DNA of 64,000 nucleotides from the human T2T-CHM13v2.0 reference genome, Homo sapiens: NCBI GenBank assembly GCA_009914755.4, contig CP086569.2, positions 22,592,001 to 22,656,000 of the forward strand, read 5' to 3'. Shown piece by piece: positions 61,724 to 64,000 of this stretch (position 1 is its first letter; each line of letters starts with the position of its first letter). The notes under the pieces were generated by a model. It saw only the letters and a program-made list of their open reading frames with translations, ran no database searches and was not told where the DNA came from. The position numbers and the translations under genes were made by a program.

Positions 61724-62960
61724 CTATTGAAAAGCAACAGGTCAAATTAAGACACAGAAGTGTGGTCAGGTGTGTAAGAGGGCAGACGTCTGGTTTAAAA
61801 GTAAAAATTACACTTAGGGGAAAGTGCAGGTGTCTTCAATTTACTTTGAAATACACAAAGACAGTAACACAGATGCATGAATGAACAGATAAAAATGATG
61901 AAGCAAGTATAATACAAATATAATAGTGCCATCTAGGTGGTATATAAGTGTTAGCTAGAATTGTTTCAACTTTTCTATGTTTTGAAAATGCTCATGAAAA
62001 ATGTTAGAGGAAAAAGAAAACCAATAGTAGAGTTTAAGCTAGAAAATACTGGAGTCTTCTCCTACTCTCTAAGTGCAAAGGCATGGAGGTCTTCACTGGA
62101 CTTTGGTTAAAGCTGACTTCACATTCAATGCCAATATAGGTTAATAAGTGATTACATAACAGCACAACCAGCACACACTTCAAACCCTCCGCTTTACAGA
62201 TAAAGAACAAATGCCACTATAGGTTAATAAGTGACAACATAACAGCATAACTGGGACGAAAGTGGGGTCTACTGACTCTTTCTTCCATTAGTCCAGTGGC
62301 CCTCAAACCAGCTGTGGATCTGAATCAACCACATAGCAGAGTGCAAATCTGAACCCAGAGTACAATCTCAACCATGTATAGCACCCACCAAAGAAGTATG
62401 CATACAGGAAAAAAGTCTGGCTGAAGTATATTAAAGCACTGATGGTGTTTGGCTCTGGTGGGCATGACTTTAGACATGTTTTTACATCTACTTTTCTGTA
62501 TTTTCCAAATGCTGTCAAAATCAGAACCTTAAACCACATTGGGCCATTGACACTTGAAAGGTGTCAGTCTGAACTGGGATGTGATTTAAATTTAAAAAGC
62601 AGATGAGATTTTAAAGACTTCATACAAGCTATAAATGTAAAATATCTTATTAGTATTTTTATACTGAATACCTGTTAAAACAATATTTTAGATGTATCAG
62701 ATTAAATATATTTTAAAAATTTCACTTTTTTTTTACTGTTTTCAATGTGGCTGCTAATGTTGTGTAAAAGGTTAGGTATGGTCAGCAAGAAAATTCAAGT
62801 AATTTAAATCAAATTAAATTTATAATCCTTCTCCTTAAAAATTAGCTTCATTATTTTATAAGGAAAATACATAGAAAAATCTTGTTAGGGTTTACAAAGA
62901 TGCAGGCTCCTATCTTTTTGGTTTTATCAAATCCTAAAACCTGTTAAAAGAAAATATTTT

Positions 62961-63183
62961 GACCAGGTGCGGTGGCTCATGCCTGTAATCCCAGCAGCTG
63001 GGGGGGCTGAAGCGGGTGGATCACGAGGTCAGGAGATCTAAACCATCCTGGCTAACACGGTGAAAACCCATCTCCACTAAAAATACAAAAAATTAGCTGG
63101 GCGTAGTTGCACACGCCTGTAGTCCCAGCTACTCAGGAAGCTGAGGCAGGAGAATGCCATGAACCCGGGAGGTGGAACTTGGA
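62961..63183 (+). mobile_element. Alu SINE, 3'-truncated (ends abruptly in the right monomer, no A-tail)
   Basis: GACCAGGTGCGGTGGCTCATGCCTGTAATCCCAGCAGCTGGGGGGGCTGAAGCGGGTGGATCACGAGGTCAGGAGATCTAAACCATCCTGGCTAACACGGTGAAAACCC ... GGGAGGTGGAACTTGG|actttagg. Confidence 0.85.
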
Positions 63184-63279
63184 CTTTAGGAAAAGGCAGC
63201 TAGTTCTCTCAGAGGAGCTTTGATTTTTCTTTGCTTTCATTGGGGAATCCACAGGGCCCCTCAGCAGCACTACTGGACA

Positions 63280-64000
63280 CCCTTTCCAGGCTTGCCATCG
63301 CCATTGACGGCCTCTAAGACACTGTCTCAACCTCATCTGCACCAGTGGGAGGCGAGTCCAAGGTGTGAGAACACGGCTCCACATTGGACTTGCCTTTGCC
63401 GTCGTTGTTGCCTTTCCTAGAGAGTCCCTGCGAGTCCCATGATGAAGGGAGGCAGTGAGGGCAAGAGCCGGCTGTCGTTCGCGGACATCCGCCTATGCGG
63501 TCTCAGGTATGATTCTATCACCTAAGGAACCTGCAACAACAACACACCAGACTATATTCCAGTCCTAGTGGGACCGGATTCTTGTACATAGCCTCTTTCC
63601 AGAATGGAGTCAGAAAAGCAATTTCCAGCGACCACCTCACAGTCTTGAAATGCCACTTCCCGCAGCGGGAGCCTACCGTGTAGAAGATCCAAATGGGCCC
63701 TGAGTTGGAGAATTTTAGGGTCCTGCAATGGGTTTTCGCAGTCAGCCTTTTTCCCGATAACAGGCTGCCTCTGCCTGAACCATCTTCTTCTTCAACTCTG
63801 ACAGCTCCGACAGTCGGGCTCCGGGAGCTGCCTAATGAATGCACGTGCGCTAGTCTCAGGGCACGAGGCCTGATGGTGAGTTCTGGCTAGCGTCAAAATG
63901 AATGTCAGCGTTGCGTAGTAACAAGTCCCTGCATCTTGACGGAGAAGGAGACCTCCGTGGAGGTGTGTTGGTTGTGGACTGTTGCCTGTCTTATCTGTGG
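63280..64000. promoter_or_regulatory. CpG-enriched, GC-richer segment at the window edge; candidate promoter / 5' exon region of a gene continuing beyond the window
   Basis: CpG density is far above the rest of the window (cgttcgcggacatccgcctatgcgg, ccgcagcggg, gctccgacagtcgggctccggg, gcacgtgcgc, gcgttgcgtag). Strong + strand donor motifs CAG|GTATGA (63506) and CTGATG|GTGAGT (63873); also consistent in position with the upstream end of the minus-strand candidate exon at 61589-61723. Confidence 0.35.

Overview
This window is catarrhine-primate (human-like) nuclear DNA, not a prokaryotic locus. The evidence is 20 or more Alu SINEs in both orientations, LINE-1 fragments, three endogenous-retrovirus proviruses, many microsatellites, and a large interstitial telomere-like array. 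I could not confidently identify any intact protein-coding gene. Every ORF of 100 aa or more in the six-frame track is explained by retroviral gag/pol/env remnants (all frame-disrupted) or by translation through repeats, apart from two unassigned ORFs that are weak candidates. The main structures are as follows. (1) An ERVK-superfamily provirus 3' half (RNaseH/IN-env-LTR) at 1-2568, abutting a class I ERV pol fragment. (2) A second, homologous class I ERV pol fragment (RT end/RNaseH/IN) at ~14150-16270. (3) A heavily deleted but LTR-flanked ERVK-type provirus at 25851-29592 with near-perfect 6-bp target-site duplication. (4) A ~3.1-kb highly degenerate (CCCTAA)n-like telomeric array at 37161-40245, followed by a (CTT)n tract and an Alu. 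(5) A minus-strand HERV-9/LTR12-type provirus at 45297-52716 with an AAAC target-site duplication, two LTRs, a tRNA-Arg-like primer-binding site and recognisable RT/RNaseH. (6) A ~600-bp minisatellite with ~20-bp units at 53130-53730. (7) A pair of ~1-kb direct duplicated segments at 20640-21620 and 53790-54800 that bracket items 3-5. (8) At the far right end, a CpG-enriched stretch with strong splice-donor motifs and a candidate spliced exon on the minus strand. The overall content (ERVs, internal duplication, interstitial telomeric repeat) is typical of subtelomeric or pericentromeric human sequence. No CRISPR array, operon or other novel biological system is present, and I state that rather than inventing one. 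All calls are from reading the sequence only; no database search was possible.
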